A stretch of DNA of 64,000 nucleotides from Candidatus Nomurabacteria bacterium (lineage in GTDB: Bacteria; Patescibacteriota; Minisyncoccia; Phycocordibacterales; CAIZLB01), in assembly GCA_943356525.1 (NCBI GenBank), contig CALRFG010000002.1:27783-91782 (forward strand), in the 5' to 3' direction. Below are positions 18,487 to 28,961 of the stretch, piece by piece (position 1 is the stretch's first letter; each line of letters starts with the position of its first letter). Both the position numbers and the translations under genes were made by a program. The notes under the pieces were generated by a model, which saw nothing but the letters and a program-made list of their open reading frames with translations, did no database searches and was not told the DNA's origin.

Positions 18487-19086
18487 ATGAAATTAACTTG
18501 TTCCATTAAAACAGATTTAAAAAATGCATATTTAACTCCAAAGATTGGAGTATCAGCAACAGCAGATGGAAGTTTCTTAAAACAAGAAGCGTATGAAATT
18601 GCCAAAGAATTAGGAAGAGAGATTGTTGATCAAGGAGGTATATTAGTTACAGGAGCTTCTAGTGGATTTCCATTCTGGTCGGCACAAGGGGCAAAACAAG
18701 CAGGCGGTCTTTCTATGGGTTATTCTCCAGCCCAAAGTCCAAAAGACCATACTGACGTATATAGATTACCCTTAGAGTATATGGATGTAATAACCTTTAC
18801 AGGTTTTGGATACCCAGGACGTGATCTTATATTTACGCGTTCATGTGATGCTATTATTATCGGTCCAGGTCGTATTGGAACTATACATGAGTTCAGTATT
18901 GCATATGAAGACGGAAAGCCGTTAGGTATATTACAAAGCGATGGTTGGGAAACAGATGAGATTTTACAGTTGATTATAGAGAAAAGTCATAGACAAAATC
19001 CTTATGTAATTTTTGAAAAAGATCCAAAAAAACTTATTCGCGGCATCATGGACATGATAAGGCAACAAAGGGGTGGTTTTTTTTAG
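18487..19086 (+). CDS. LOG/TIGR00730-family Rossmann-fold nucleotide-binding protein
   Basis: GGxG...PGRIGTIHEF pattern. Confidence 0.5.
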   Translation: MKLTCSIKTDLKNAYLTPKIGVSATADGSFLKQEAYEIAKELGREIVDQGGILVTGASSGFPFWSAQGAKQAGGLSMGYSPAQSPKDHTDVYRLPLEYMDVITFTGFGYPGRDLIFTRSCDAIIIGPGRIGTIHEFSIAYEDGKPLGILQSDGWETDEILQLIIEKSHRQNPYVIFEKDPKKLIRGIMDMIRQQRGGFF

Positions 19087-19097
19087 ATTAAGACAAA

Positions 19098-19125
19098 ATG
19101 ATCATTAAATGATCATTTTTTTGTT
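19098..19125 (+). terminator. terminator (ATGATCAT-TAA-ATGATCAT + T7)
   Basis: self-complementary 8-mer pair then TTTTTTT. Confidence 0.6.
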
Positions 19126-19297
19126 TATACTCTAAAATAATAAAATTCAAATACAATAAAAAAATATATGCAAGATTAATTTAAAAAAAACTATATATAA
19201 AAGGGATATAGACAAAACTAGTTTATTGTCAACCTTACTGTATTTTGTAAAGTTTGATTGCATAGGTTAAGTCACAAGTGTTATTATTTAGATACCT

Positions 19298-20587
19298 ATG
19301 ATACAAGATAAAAACATAAAAATAAATTTTATTCTTAAAAGAGACAACTCTGTTGTTGATTTCAACACAAATAAAATATTTATAGCATTAGAAAAAGCCT
19401 TAATAGGTTCTGGTGAGTATAAGGAAGGGTTGGCTAAGGATTTGTCAAACCAAGTTGTTAAAAAAATAAGAGATAATCATCAAGAAGAAGGTAGTATACC
19501 TTCAGTAGAAAGTATACAAGACATGGTGGAGATAGTTCTTATGGACAATGAATTACACATAACTGCAAAAGCTTATATTTTATATCGTGAAAAACGCGCT
19601 GAGCTAAGAAAGAAAGATATTTTCAAAAAAAGAGTTGCATTGAGACCTAGTGAATATCCAGAACTTTTAGAATATGTTGACGGTATCAGGCATTCATACT
19701 GGCTACACACAGAGTTTAATTTCACATCAGACGTTCATGATTATAAAGTAAACATAAATGAAGTTGAAAGATCGGCTATAAAAAATGCCATGCTAGCCAT
19801 AGCTCAGATTGAAGTTTCTGTTAAAACTTTTTGGGGTGATATATATAAAAAGATGCCAAAACCAGAAATAGGAGCAGTTGGATCAACTTTTGCTGAAAGT
19901 GAGGCAAGGCATCATGATGCATATGCGAGTCTACTTGAGATTTTGGGTATAAATGATGAGTTTGATAATATAAAAAATATCCCCGCTATCATGGGTAGGG
20001 TTAATTATATAGAAAAAGCTATATCTCATTCAGGGTCAGACAACAATCAGGATTATTCAAAAACATTATTACTATTTTCATTATTTATAGAGCATGTTTC
20101 TTTATTTTCTCAGTTTCTGATTATAATGTCTTTCAACAAACAGAAGTCATTGTTTAGAGGTATGTCAAACGTTATCGAGGCAACCTCAAAAGAAGAACAG
20201 ATACATGGTTTGTTTGGAATAGACTTGATGAAGATAATAAAGCAAGAAAATCCTACATGGTTCAACGAAGAATATGAGCAAAGTGTGATAAATATATGTA
20301 AAGAGGCATATGAGGCAGAGGAAAAGATTATAGATTGGATTTTTGAAAAAGGAGAGCTAGATTTTATGCCTTCAGATGTTGTCAAAGAATTTGTAAAAAA
20401 TAGATTCAATAATTCACTATCATCAATAGGTATAAGGAAGATATTTGAAATAGATGAAGCGAAATTAGAGCAAACAGAATGGTTCGACGATGAGATAATG
20501 ACAACAAAACACGGTGATTTCTTTGTAAAAAGATCAGTAAATTATAACAAAAGAGTCGGAAGTACAACTGGGGATGACTTATTTTAA
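19298..20587 (+). CDS. nrdB: ribonucleotide reductase class I beta subunit with N-terminal ATP-cone
   Basis: N-terminal ILKRDNSVVDFNTNKI ATP-cone signature; ferritin-like di-iron ligands (ESEARHH, EEQIHG). Confidence 0.75.
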   Translation: MIQDKNIKINFILKRDNSVVDFNTNKIFIALEKALIGSGEYKEGLAKDLSNQVVKKIRDNHQEEGSIPSVESIQDMVEIVLMDNELHITAKAYILYREKRAELRKKDIFKKRVALRPSEYPELLEYVDGIRHSYWLHTEFNFTSDVHDYKVNINEVERSAIKNAMLAIAQIEVSVKTFWGDIYKKMPKPEIGAVGSTFAESEARHHDAYASLLEILGINDEFDNIKNIPAIMGRVNYIEKAISHSGSDNNQDYSKTLLLFSLFIEHVSLFSQFLIIMSFNKQKSLFRGMSNVIEATSKEEQIHGLFGIDLMKIIKQENPTWFNEEYEQSVINICKEAYEAEEKIIDWIFEKGELDFMPSDVVKEFVKNRFNNSLSSIGIRKIFEIDEAKLEQTEWFDDEIMTTKHGDFFVKRSVNYNKRVGSTTGDDLF

Positions 20588-20626
20588 CAAAAACAATTAA
20601 AAATTAAATACAAAAATACAAATAAA

Positions 20627-22300
20627 ATGCATTGGTTAAACGAAAATAGCAGAAAATTCCTAGCTAAAGATTATATTAATGACGGCTCAACTGCAGAGGA
20701 ACGTATTCGTTTTATTGCAAATCATGCAGAGAGTATATTAAAAATAGATGGCTTTGCAGATAAGTTCTATGGATATATGGAAAAAGGCTATTACTCGCTT
20801 GCTACACCTGTTTGGGTTAATTTTGGTTTTGCCAAAGGACTTCCTATATCATGTTTTGGTTCTTATGTAGGCGATACTATGGGAGATATACTATATACAA
20901 CAGCTGAGGTTGGTATGATGAGTAAAAAAGGTGGTGGTACATCAGCTTATTTCGGGGATTTAAGACCACGTGGAGCACATATAACAAATAATGGTGTATC
21001 TTCCGGCCCAGTGCATTTTATGCAGCTTTTCGACACAGTTACAAACATCGTGAGCCAAGGTTCAACTCGTCGGGGACACTTAGCGGCCTACTTGAACGTT
21101 GAGCATCCTGATATAGAAGAATTTTTGGATATTGGGACTGAAGGAAATCCAATACAAGGACTTACAAACGCAGTTACAGTAACTGATGCTTGGATGCAAG
21201 AGATGAAAGATGGAGATGAGAAAAAGCGTGCTATTTGGGCAAAGGTTATAAAAAGAAGAACAGAGATGGGTTATCCATATATCATGTTTTCAGATAATGT
21301 TAACAATAACACTGTAGAAGTATACAAAGAAGGAAATCACAAGATCTATGCAAGTAACCTATGTAGTGAAATCGCATTACCATCAAGTGATAAATGGTCT
21401 TTTGTATGTTGTTTATCATCTTTGAACGCATTGTATTATGATGAATGGAAAGATACAGATGCTGTGCAGACACTCACTTACTTTTTAGATGCTGTTATGA
21501 CTGATTTTGTAAATAAACTTGAAGGATACAGAGATTCAGTTGAGATTGAAAGAAGACAGGAATTTATGTTTATGGAAAAATCATACAATTTTGCCAAAGA
21601 AAATAGAGCTCTTGGAGTAGGTGTACTCGGATGGCATTCATATCTACAAAGTAAAATGATTCCTTTTGAGGGACAAAAAGCTTATGACTTGAATCAACAG
21701 CTTTTCCGTTTTGTAAAAGAGAAAGCATATGAAGCATCAAGTGAGATGGCGGTTAAGTATGGTGAACCTGCCATGCTCGTTGGAAAAGGACGTAGAAATA
21801 CTACTCTGTGTGCCGTAGCTCCTACAACTTCTTCCGCCTTCATATTGGGTCAAGTGTCACAAAGTATCGAACCTGTATGGTCAAACTGTTATGTAAAAGA
21901 TATTGAGAAAATGAAAGTAACAATCAAAAATCCTTTCCTAGAAAAATTACTTGAAGAGAAAGGTAAAAATACAAAAGAAGCTTGGCAAGATATTCGTGAC
22001 AAAGATGGATCTGTACAACATGTTGATTATCTTACAGATGAGGAGAAAGAGGTGTTTAAAACTTTTGCTGAGTTGGATCAATTTGCTATCATCGATCAAG
22101 CTGCCGCAAGACAAAAACATATAGATCAAGGGCAATCTTTGAACCTTATGATAAACCCAAAGACGACCACTACAAAAGAGATCAATGCGTTGTATATGGA
22201 GGCTTGGAAATCAGGTGTGAAAACTCTTTACTATCAACATAGTATGAATGCTGCTCAGGTTTTGAGTAGAAAGAAGGTTTGTGTAAACTGTGAGTCATAA
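20627..22300 (+). CDS. nrdA: ribonucleotide reductase class I alpha subunit (no ATP-cone)
   Basis: NLCSEIALPS active-site region; C-terminal CVNCES cysteine pair. Confidence 0.8.
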   Translation: MHWLNENSRKFLAKDYINDGSTAEERIRFIANHAESILKIDGFADKFYGYMEKGYYSLATPVWVNFGFAKGLPISCFGSYVGDTMGDILYTTAEVGMMSKKGGGTSAYFGDLRPRGAHITNNGVSSGPVHFMQLFDTVTNIVSQGSTRRGHLAAYLNVEHPDIEEFLDIGTEGNPIQGLTNAVTVTDAWMQEMKDGDEKKRAIWAKVIKRRTEMGYPYIMFSDNVNNNTVEVYKEGNHKIYASNLCSEIALPSSDKWSFVCCLSSLNALYYDEWKDTDAVQTLTYFLDAVMTDFVNKLEGYRDSVEIERRQEFMFMEKSYNFAKENRALGVGVLGWHSYLQSKMIPFEGQKAYDLNQQLFRFVKEKAYEASSEMAVKYGEPAMLVGKGRRNTTLCAVAPTTSSAFILGQVSQSIEPVWSNCYVKDIEKMKVTIKNPFLEKLLEEKGKNTKEAWQDIRDKDGSVQHVDYLTDEEKEVFKTFAELDQFAIIDQAAARQKHIDQGQSLNLMINPKTTTTKEINALYMEAWKSGVKTLYYQHSMNAAQVLSRKKVCVNCES

Positions 22301-22341
22301 TAGAAAAAAAAATATTTATATGCTATAAATGGCATATAAAT

Positions 22342-22428
22342 GGAGGATTGGATGAGTGGTTGAAATCAACAGTTTACTAAACTGTCGAGCCTTAACGGGT
22401 TCCGTGAGTTCGAATCTCACATCCTCCG
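22342..22428 (+). tRNA. type-II (long variable arm) tRNA, Ser-like (G73), apparent anticodon ACU; CCA not encoded
   Basis: acceptor GGAGGAT/ATCCTCC; 3-bp D-stem; anticodon stem ACAGT/ACTGT with loop TTACTAA; T-arm GTGAG-TTCGAAT-CTCAC. Confidence 0.65.
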
Positions 22429-22434
22429 CAAAGT

Positions 22435-22644
22435 ATGAACAAAAATATTGGAACAATAGATAGATCAATAAGAATAATCATCGGAATAATACTTTTTGTT
22501 ATGATATTTTTTACCGATAGTATTTTTACAAGATTTATACTAGCTATATTTGCTATCTTTTCTATATATGAAGGTGTTTCAAGTTGGTGTGTATTGTATG
22601 CATTATTGGGAAGAAATACATGCCCAGTTAAGCGAAATAAATAA
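22435..22644 (+). CDS. DUF2892-family small membrane protein
   Basis: IGTIDRSIRIIIG...C-terminal CP motif. Confidence 0.5.
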   Translation: MNKNIGTIDRSIRIIIGIILFVMIFFTDSIFTRFILAIFAIFSIYEGVSSWCVLYALLGRNTCPVKRNK

Positions 22645-22650
22645 TAGATC

Positions 22651-23757
22651 ATGAATTTTCCAACAGACAAAGAATCTATAGAAAAAAGAATACAATCAAT
22701 AGACGTTATAAAGTATAGTAAAAACAGAAATTTTATAAATGGATCAGTTACTCATCTTTCACCATACATAACCCATGGATATATAACACTAACTTTTTTA
22801 CGAGAAAGAGTTTTACAAAAATTTTCTAAAAAAGATGCATATACTTTTATATTTGAGCTTGCTTGGCGAGAGTTTTTTCAACGAACTTGGGAAAAAGAAG
22901 GTGATCAAATTTTTAAATCCTTGAGAAATGAACAAGAAGAGGTATTAAATCATAAAGGCTTACCAAAAGTGTATTTATCAAAGAAAACTCAAATACAAGC
23001 AATAGACAATGCTCTTAAAGACTTAGAAGATTTTGGATATGTACATAATCACGCTCGATTGTGGATTGCCATGCTTTTGGCCAATGTATATAAAAACTCT
23101 TGGTATGAGGGAGCTAATCATATGTATTATTATTTACTTGATGGCGATAGAGCTTCCAACACACTTTCTTGGCAATGGGTAGCTGGAACATTTTCAAGTA
23201 AAAGATATGTTGCAAATCAAGATATGATAAATAAATACAGTGATATACAACAACACAATACTTATATTGATATTCCCGTCGAAGACTTATTGAGTCAAGT
23301 TATACCCAAAGAGTTTTTAGAAAATCAGGATTATGATTTATCTATTGATGATACTCTTTTAAATAATAACAGCATCTCAGTTTCAGATATATTAAAAAAA
23401 GAAACTTGGCTTTATAGTATGTGGACACTTGATGCAAATTGGACACCTACTGAACAAACAGATGTTCAAAAGATCCTGATGATAGATAAAGCTGATTTAC
23501 TTTTGTTCCCTATGAGCTCTAAACGTATCTCATTTATTTTAGGCTTGGCTAAAAATATTGAAGATGTTAAAATTTTCTACGGGAATTTGTCCGATTTAAA
23601 AAGTGCACTTTTAAACACTACTGTATACAGAAAGTCGCACCCAGCAATTAAAAAGTGGATAGGAAATGAAACAGATCACGAGTATATGTTTCCTCAAGTT
23701 CAAAATATACCAGGGGGATTTATGTCTTTTTGGAAAAAATGTGAACCGTATCTTTAG
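22651..23757 (+). CDS. photolyase/cryptochrome FAD-binding-domain protein
   Basis: WREFF, HNHARLW, WQWVAG motifs of photolyase FAD-binding domain. Confidence 0.6.
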   Translation: MNFPTDKESIEKRIQSIDVIKYSKNRNFINGSVTHLSPYITHGYITLTFLRERVLQKFSKKDAYTFIFELAWREFFQRTWEKEGDQIFKSLRNEQEEVLNHKGLPKVYLSKKTQIQAIDNALKDLEDFGYVHNHARLWIAMLLANVYKNSWYEGANHMYYYLLDGDRASNTLSWQWVAGTFSSKRYVANQDMINKYSDIQQHNTYIDIPVEDLLSQVIPKEFLENQDYDLSIDDTLLNNNSISVSDILKKETWLYSMWTLDANWTPTEQTDVQKILMIDKADLLLFPMSSKRISFILGLAKNIEDVKIFYGNLSDLKSALLNTTVYRKSHPAIKKWIGNETDHEYMFPQVQNIPGGFMSFWKKCEPYL

Positions 23758-23771
23758 CTTTATCTATAAAT

Positions 23772-23912
23772 ATGACAAATAAAAATCCAAAAAAACAAAT
23801 AAAGATATGCATAGGCTGCAATAAACCTTTCAATAATCGTAAACGTTGGGAAAGTCGTGGCCAATGGGATGAAGTAAAATATTGTAGTGATAAATGTAGA
23901 AAAAATAAATAA
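23772..23912 (+). CDS. DUF2256-type zinc-ribbon small protein (46 aa; not in ORF track)
   Basis: MTNKNPKKQIKICIGCNKPFNNRKRWESRGQWDEVKYCSDKCRKNK; CxxC...CxxxC. Confidence 0.6.
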   Translation: MTNKNPKKQIKICIGCNKPFNNRKRWESRGQWDEVKYCSDKCRKNK

Positions 23913-25410
23913 TAGTATAATAATATATATGAAAAAAGCAGTCTTAATATACCCACATCAACTTTTTGAAAAACATCCACTTTTAGAAAAAGGGGTTACG
24001 GTTTTTCTTATTGAAGAACCTCATATGTTTACACAATATAATTTTCATAAACAAAAATTGATATTTCATAGAGCTACTATGATGGCATACAAAGATATGT
24101 TGATTAAGGATAATTATGATGTTAAGTACATAGAATATGCTGATATAATAAGAACTGAAAATATTGTAGATATACTAAAAAAATTTAAGATAAATATAGT
24201 AGTTTTTTGTGACCTTGCAGATAAATGGATACACAAAAAACTTACTAAAAAACTATCTGATAACGATATATCATACACCATTTCCGACACACCTCTTTTT
24301 TTAACAAATAAAATAGAATTGGATAGTTTCTTCTTACCTTTACTTGAGAAAAATAAAAAATTTATTATGAAAACCTTTTATGAATGGCAGCGTAAGCGTC
24401 TTGAAGTGTTGATTGAGAAAGATGGTAAACCGGTGGGAGGAAAGTGGTCATATGATGAAGATAACAGACAAAAGATTCCTAAAGATACACTTTTACCGAA
24501 AGATCCAGAGCCAAATATGTCTGAATATGTATTAGATGCTAAAAAATATATAGAAAAAAACTTTAAAAATAATTATGGTTCTACTGATAGTTTTTTCTAT
24601 CCAATTACTCATCATGAAGCAAAAAAATGGCTCAATTCTTTTTTAAAACATAAGCTAAATTTATTTGGTCCTTATGAAGACGCTATGACTACTGAGGGTA
24701 ATTTTCTTTTTCATAGTATGCTGTCTCCACTTTTAAATACCGGGCTTTTAACACCTGATTATGTTTTAAAAGAAACACTTGCATATGCAGAAAAAAATAC
24801 AGTAGCATTATCTTCACTTGAGGGTTTTATAAGACAGATCATAGGTTGGCGCGAATATATGAGGGCGGTATATGTTTACTTGGGCGATAAAGAAAGAAAT
24901 GGAAATTATTTTAATTCTAAGCGTTCTATTCCTCATTCTTTTTGGCAAGGCAATACGGGTATAACACCAGTAGATTACACAATAAAAAACACATTGAAAT
25001 ATGCATACGCTCATCACATACCTAGACTAATGATTATGGGTAATTTTATGAATCTCTGTCAGTTTAAACCCGATGAAGTATATCGTTGGTTTATGGAGCT
25101 CTATATAGACGCTTATGACTGGGTTATGGTACCAAATGTATATAGTATGGCATTGTATGCTGATGGGGGTTTGATCACAACTAAGCCATATATTTCCGGA
25201 TCGGCCTATATTTTAAAAATGAGTAATTATAAAAAAGGAGAATGGTCTGATGTTTGGGATGCTCTTTTTTGGAATTTTGTTGGGATTCATTTTGATGCTT
25301 TATCGAAGGAAGGTAGACTTGGTTTTATAGGTGTAACATATAAAAAAATGACTCAAGATAAAAAAGAAATATTTACTAAAAAAGCGCGCCTATTTTTAGA
25401 TTCCTTATAG
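23887..25410 (+). CDS. cryptochrome/photolyase-family protein (COG3046-like); start probably ATG ~23929
   Basis: photolyase-related N-terminal fold and FAD-binding C-terminal region. Confidence 0.6.
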   Translation: MINVEKINNSIIIYMKKAVLIYPHQLFEKHPLLEKGVTVFLIEEPHMFTQYNFHKQKLIFHRATMMAYKDMLIKDNYDVKYIEYADIIRTENIVDILKKFKINIVVFCDLADKWIHKKLTKKLSDNDISYTISDTPLFLTNKIELDSFFLPLLEKNKKFIMKTFYEWQRKRLEVLIEKDGKPVGGKWSYDEDNRQKIPKDTLLPKDPEPNMSEYVLDAKKYIEKNFKNNYGSTDSFFYPITHHEAKKWLNSFLKHKLNLFGPYEDAMTTEGNFLFHSMLSPLLNTGLLTPDYVLKETLAYAEKNTVALSSLEGFIRQIIGWREYMRAVYVYLGDKERNGNYFNSKRSIPHSFWQGNTGITPVDYTIKNTLKYAYAHHIPRLMIMGNFMNLCQFKPDEVYRWFMELYIDAYDWVMVPNVYSMALYADGGLITTKPYISGSAYILKMSNYKKGEWSDVWDALFWNFVGIHFDALSKEGRLGFIGVTYKKMTQDKKEIFTKKARLFLDSL

Positions 25411-25412
25411 TT

Positions 25413-26768
25413 TTATTTTGTATAAATAATCTTTCTCATATACCAAAAAGCAAAAACTGCACTCAAAGTAACTATAATAAATAAAGATCCCCATATTCCA
25501 AGAACCCCAAAGCTTAAAAGTTTTGTTGCGATAAAGAAAAATATTACAGGAAGAATAATTTGTCTTGTTATACCAAGATAAAGTGAAAATAGAGGCTTTT
25601 TTATACCTCTAAATACAGAATCCACAATTTCAAGTACTCCGTATCCTAAAACTAGAAATGAAGCAATATGTAAATACTCAACACCTGCATCTAATATCAT
25701 TGCATCTTTTGTAAAAAACTTTAGTAAAAACTTAGCCCCAAAAAATATACTAGCAGTGCAGAACACTGATATATACAAAGAGTATTTAAGTGTGATAGAT
25801 ATTGTTTCTTTTACTCTTTCAAGCTTACCTGCACCGCTATTTTGCCCTATAAGAGTAATAGCAGCTACACCTAAACCTATTAGAGGAAGCAGAGCGATCT
25901 GCTCTATACGAGTTGATAAACCATATGCTGCCACAACATGACTACCAAACTGACTTATATAGTATGTGATTATAAATATTCCTAAAGCAATACTCATCAT
26001 AGAAAGACTTGTGGGTAAGCTTTGCTTGGCTATATCTAGATATGCTGATTTTTCTGGTTTGTATTCAGATATTTTAGTATTATCAAAAACACCTAACTTT
26101 TTTACTTTATATCCGAGATACACCGTACCTATTATTTGCGTTAAAACTGTTGCATATGATATACCAGCAAGCCCGAGTTTCGGGATAATGGTTATATCAC
26201 CAAGATTTAGTCCATACATCAGCAGTGGGTTAAAACCGATATTTAAAAAGAATGCAACTATAATAAAGTTTCGATAAGGCTTTGTATCACCATGTGCACT
26301 TAAAATACTATCTAGTGTAAATACTGCTATGAAAAAGAAAGCAAAATAAAACATCGGATTTGTATAAATCAAAGCTTGATCAAGATATGATCCTGTTGCA
26401 CCAAGTATACTAAAGAGATATGGACTTAAAAATAATCCCGCTACCATTACAAAAAAACTTACAAAAACACCAAAACCTATAGCTTGTCTTCCCATGTAAT
26501 ATGCTTTCTTTTTATCTTGTTGACCCAGTGCATGAGACATAATTACAGTGTTTCCACTTGATAAACCATATCCAAGTGCAATTATAATAAAAAAAATAGG
26601 AAATGATATAGATACTGCAGCAAGTGCCTCAGAGCCAAGTTTTCCTGCAAAATAACTATCAACAATGTTATACATAGTTTCGAAGAAAAAACCGACGGAG
26701 GCAGGTATGGCTATCATACGAATAAGCTTTGATACTGGTGCTGTTGTTATATGGTTTTCTTGTTGCAT
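25413..26768 (-). CDS. MATE family efflux transporter
   Basis: 12-TM, MATE repeat signatures. Confidence 0.8.
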   Translation of the reverse strand: MQQENHITTAPVSKLIRMIAIPASVGFFFETMYNIVDSYFAGKLGSEALAAVSISFPIFFIIIALGYGLSSGNTVIMSHALGQQDKKKAYYMGRQAIGFGVFVSFFVMVAGLFLSPYLFSILGATGSYLDQALIYTNPMFYFAFFFIAVFTLDSILSAHGDTKPYRNFIIVAFFLNIGFNPLLMYGLNLGDITIIPKLGLAGISYATVLTQIIGTVYLGYKVKKLGVFDNTKISEYKPEKSAYLDIAKQSLPTSLSMMSIALGIFIITYYISQFGSHVVAAYGLSTRIEQIALLPLIGLGVAAITLIGQNSGAGKLERVKETISITLKYSLYISVFCTASIFFGAKFLLKFFTKDAMILDAGVEYLHIASFLVLGYGVLEIVDSVFRGIKKPLFSLYLGITRQIILPVIFFFIATKLLSFGVLGIWGSLFIIVTLSAVFAFWYMRKIIYTK

Positions 26769-26795
26769 AAATAAATATTAGCATGAAAAATGTAA

Positions 26796-28508
26796 TTGTA
26801 TTTTTTACATCAGCATTCTGCTATAATACATAACATGAATGCCTTCACTGAAATCAGTATTATACTCATAATCACAACGGTTATTTCTCTGATAATCAAG
26901 TCTCTAAAACAACCCCTTGTTGTTGGCTATATATTGAGTGGTATTGTTGTAGGTCCTTATGTATTAAATATTTTATCTTCAACCGAGCAAGTAGAATTAT
27001 TTTCCAAGATAGGTATAGTTATACTTTTGTTTATAGTTGGTATTGGACTAAACCCACTTGTTATAAAGGAGTTTGGTAAAGTTTCTTTTTTAGTGGGATT
27101 GGCACAGATAATATTTACAGCCGTTATAAGTTTTTTTGTTGTAAAATTTTTAGGCTTTGATGACACAACATCTTTATTTGTAGCTATAGCTTTGACTTTT
27201 AGTAGTACTATTATAGTATTAAAACTTTTAACAGATAAAGGGGATATAAACAACTTTTATGGAAAAATATCTATAGGTGTACTTTTAGTACAAGATCTTG
27301 TTGCCACTTTGCTGTTATTATTTTTATCAACTTTGGCAAATTCAAACGGTTTAGGTTTAAGTGAGATCTTATTAGGACTTCTGTTTAAAACATTGTTTAT
27401 TGCTTTGATACTTATAATTTTCTCAAAATATATATTACCTCGTATAGGTAAATGGTTTGCTTCATCTCAAGAACTTTTGTTTATATCATCATTGTCTTGG
27501 GGGCTATCTGTTGCTGCTTTATTTGCCGCACTAGGCCTGTCCATAGAGATAGGTGCATTGATTGCAGGTGTTGCTTTGTCGATGTCACCATTTTCTTATG
27601 AAATCATGTCGAGAATGCGACCTATACGGGATTTCTTCGTAACAATGTTCTTTATACTTTTAGGTTCACACCTTATACTTAGCGATGTAAATACACTTAT
27701 ATACCCAGCTATTATATTATCTCTATTTGTACTTATATTTAAACCTTTGATAATTTTTATAGTTATGAATCTTTTGGGATACAAGAAAAAGATAGGATTT
27801 ATGACAGGAACGGCTTTGGCTCAAATAAGTGAATTTTCTTTAATACTCGCAACCTTATCTCTAGCTTACGGATACATAACACAACAGACTGTTACACTTA
27901 TAACATTGATTGGTATCATAACTATAGCCGGATCAAGTTATATGATTATATATTCTGATAAAATATATGAAAAAGTTAAAGGATTTTTAGGAATATTTGA
28001 TATTGTAAAAATTGGTAATAAAAATATTAAAAATAATAATTCCGAGGATTATGAAAGTGTTCTATTTGGCTACGATAGGGTAGGGTCGTATTTTACACAT
28101 GCTATGGAGAAAATAAATACAAAGTTTGTTGTAGTTGATTTTAATCCAAAATTAATAGAAAAATTGAAAGAAAAAAATATAGAACACAGATACGGTGACG
28201 CAGAAGATATAGAGTTTTTAGACGAGTTAGGTTTAGCAAAGGTTAAGTTAGTTATCTCTAGTATACCTAAGTATGAAGTTAATATGACAGTGTTGAGATA
28301 CTATAGAAAAGTTAATCCATCTGGAATAATATTGTTGATATCACATGATGTTGAAGAGGCGAAGAAGCTGTATCTTGCCGGCGCATCTTATGTTGTTGTA
28401 CCACACAGTCTAGGGGCTCATCATGCAGCAAAGATGGTGGCACAATATGGTTTTGATGTGGAGCAGTTTGATGTGGCGAGGAATAAGCATTTGAGTAAGA
28501 TTGGGTAA
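26796..28508 (+). CDS. CPA2 cation:proton antiporter (Kef-type) with C-terminal RCK/TrkA-N domain
   Basis: Na+/H+ exchanger membrane domain + NAD-binding-like C-terminus. Confidence 0.8.
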   Translation: MYFLHQHSAIIHNMNAFTEISIILIITTVISLIIKSLKQPLVVGYILSGIVVGPYVLNILSSTEQVELFSKIGIVILLFIVGIGLNPLVIKEFGKVSFLVGLAQIIFTAVISFFVVKFLGFDDTTSLFVAIALTFSSTIIVLKLLTDKGDINNFYGKISIGVLLVQDLVATLLLLFLSTLANSNGLGLSEILLGLLFKTLFIALILIIFSKYILPRIGKWFASSQELLFISSLSWGLSVAALFAALGLSIEIGALIAGVALSMSPFSYEIMSRMRPIRDFFVTMFFILLGSHLILSDVNTLIYPAIILSLFVLIFKPLIIFIVMNLLGYKKKIGFMTGTALAQISEFSLILATLSLAYGYITQQTVTLITLIGIITIAGSSYMIIYSDKIYEKVKGFLGIFDIVKIGNKNIKNNNSEDYESVLFGYDRVGSYFTHAMEKINTKFVVVDFNPKLIEKLKEKNIEHRYGDAEDIEFLDELGLAKVKLVISSIPKYEVNMTVLRYYRKVNPSGIILLISHDVEEAKKLYLAGASYVVVPHSLGAHHAAKMVAQYGFDVEQFDVARNKHLSKIG

Positions 28509-28523
28509 AATATTTTAACAAAT

Positions 28524-28560
28524 AAAAACAACCGTCAAGTTGATGACGGTTGTTTTTATT
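28524..28560. terminator. bidirectional terminator
   Basis: AAAAACAACCGTCA...TGACGGTTGTTTTT. Confidence 0.7.
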
Positions 28561-28569
28561 ATTTAAACC

Positions 28570-28917
28570 TTATCCAAGCACCTGAGTTACAAATCTCTCA
28601 AACACCGCTGGATCATTTTGAGCTAGATCAGCCATGATTTTTCTATCAACTTCAATCTCTTTCTTTTTCAAGATACCGATGAATTTACTGTAAGTAGTTC
28701 CTTGATTTCTTAGAGCTGCGTTGATTTTAACATTCCACAATCTTCTAAAATCACCTTTTTTATCACGTCTGTGAGCAAAAGCTGTATTTAATGAGTGAAC
28801 TATCTGTTCATAAGCTAGTTTTTCTTTTGATCTTCTAGGACCTCTGAAACCTTTAGCCATTTTAAGAACGTTTCGTCTTGTTTTTGCGGCATGAACACCT
28901 TTTTTTACACGTACCAT
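28570..28917 (-). CDS. rplT: 50S ribosomal protein L20
   Basis: family similarity. Confidence 0.9.
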   Translation of the reverse strand: MVRVKKGVHAAKTRRNVLKMAKGFRGPRRSKEKLAYEQIVHSLNTAFAHRRDKKGDFRRLWNVKINAALRNQGTTYSKFIGILKKKEIEVDRKIMADLAQNDPAVFERFVTQVLG

Positions 28918-28961
28918 ATATTTGTATTATTTATTATTTAAATTTAGTAATTAAAGAAACA

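Noticed and set aside
19130-19297. NrdR boxes upstream of nrdB
   Set aside because: Only weak partial matches (ACTATATATA, GGATATAGAC) to the NrdR palindrome. No nrdR gene in the window.
22392-22670. 92-aa minus-strand ORF
   Set aside because: Overlaps the tRNA at 22342-22428 and the DUF2892 gene on the other strand.
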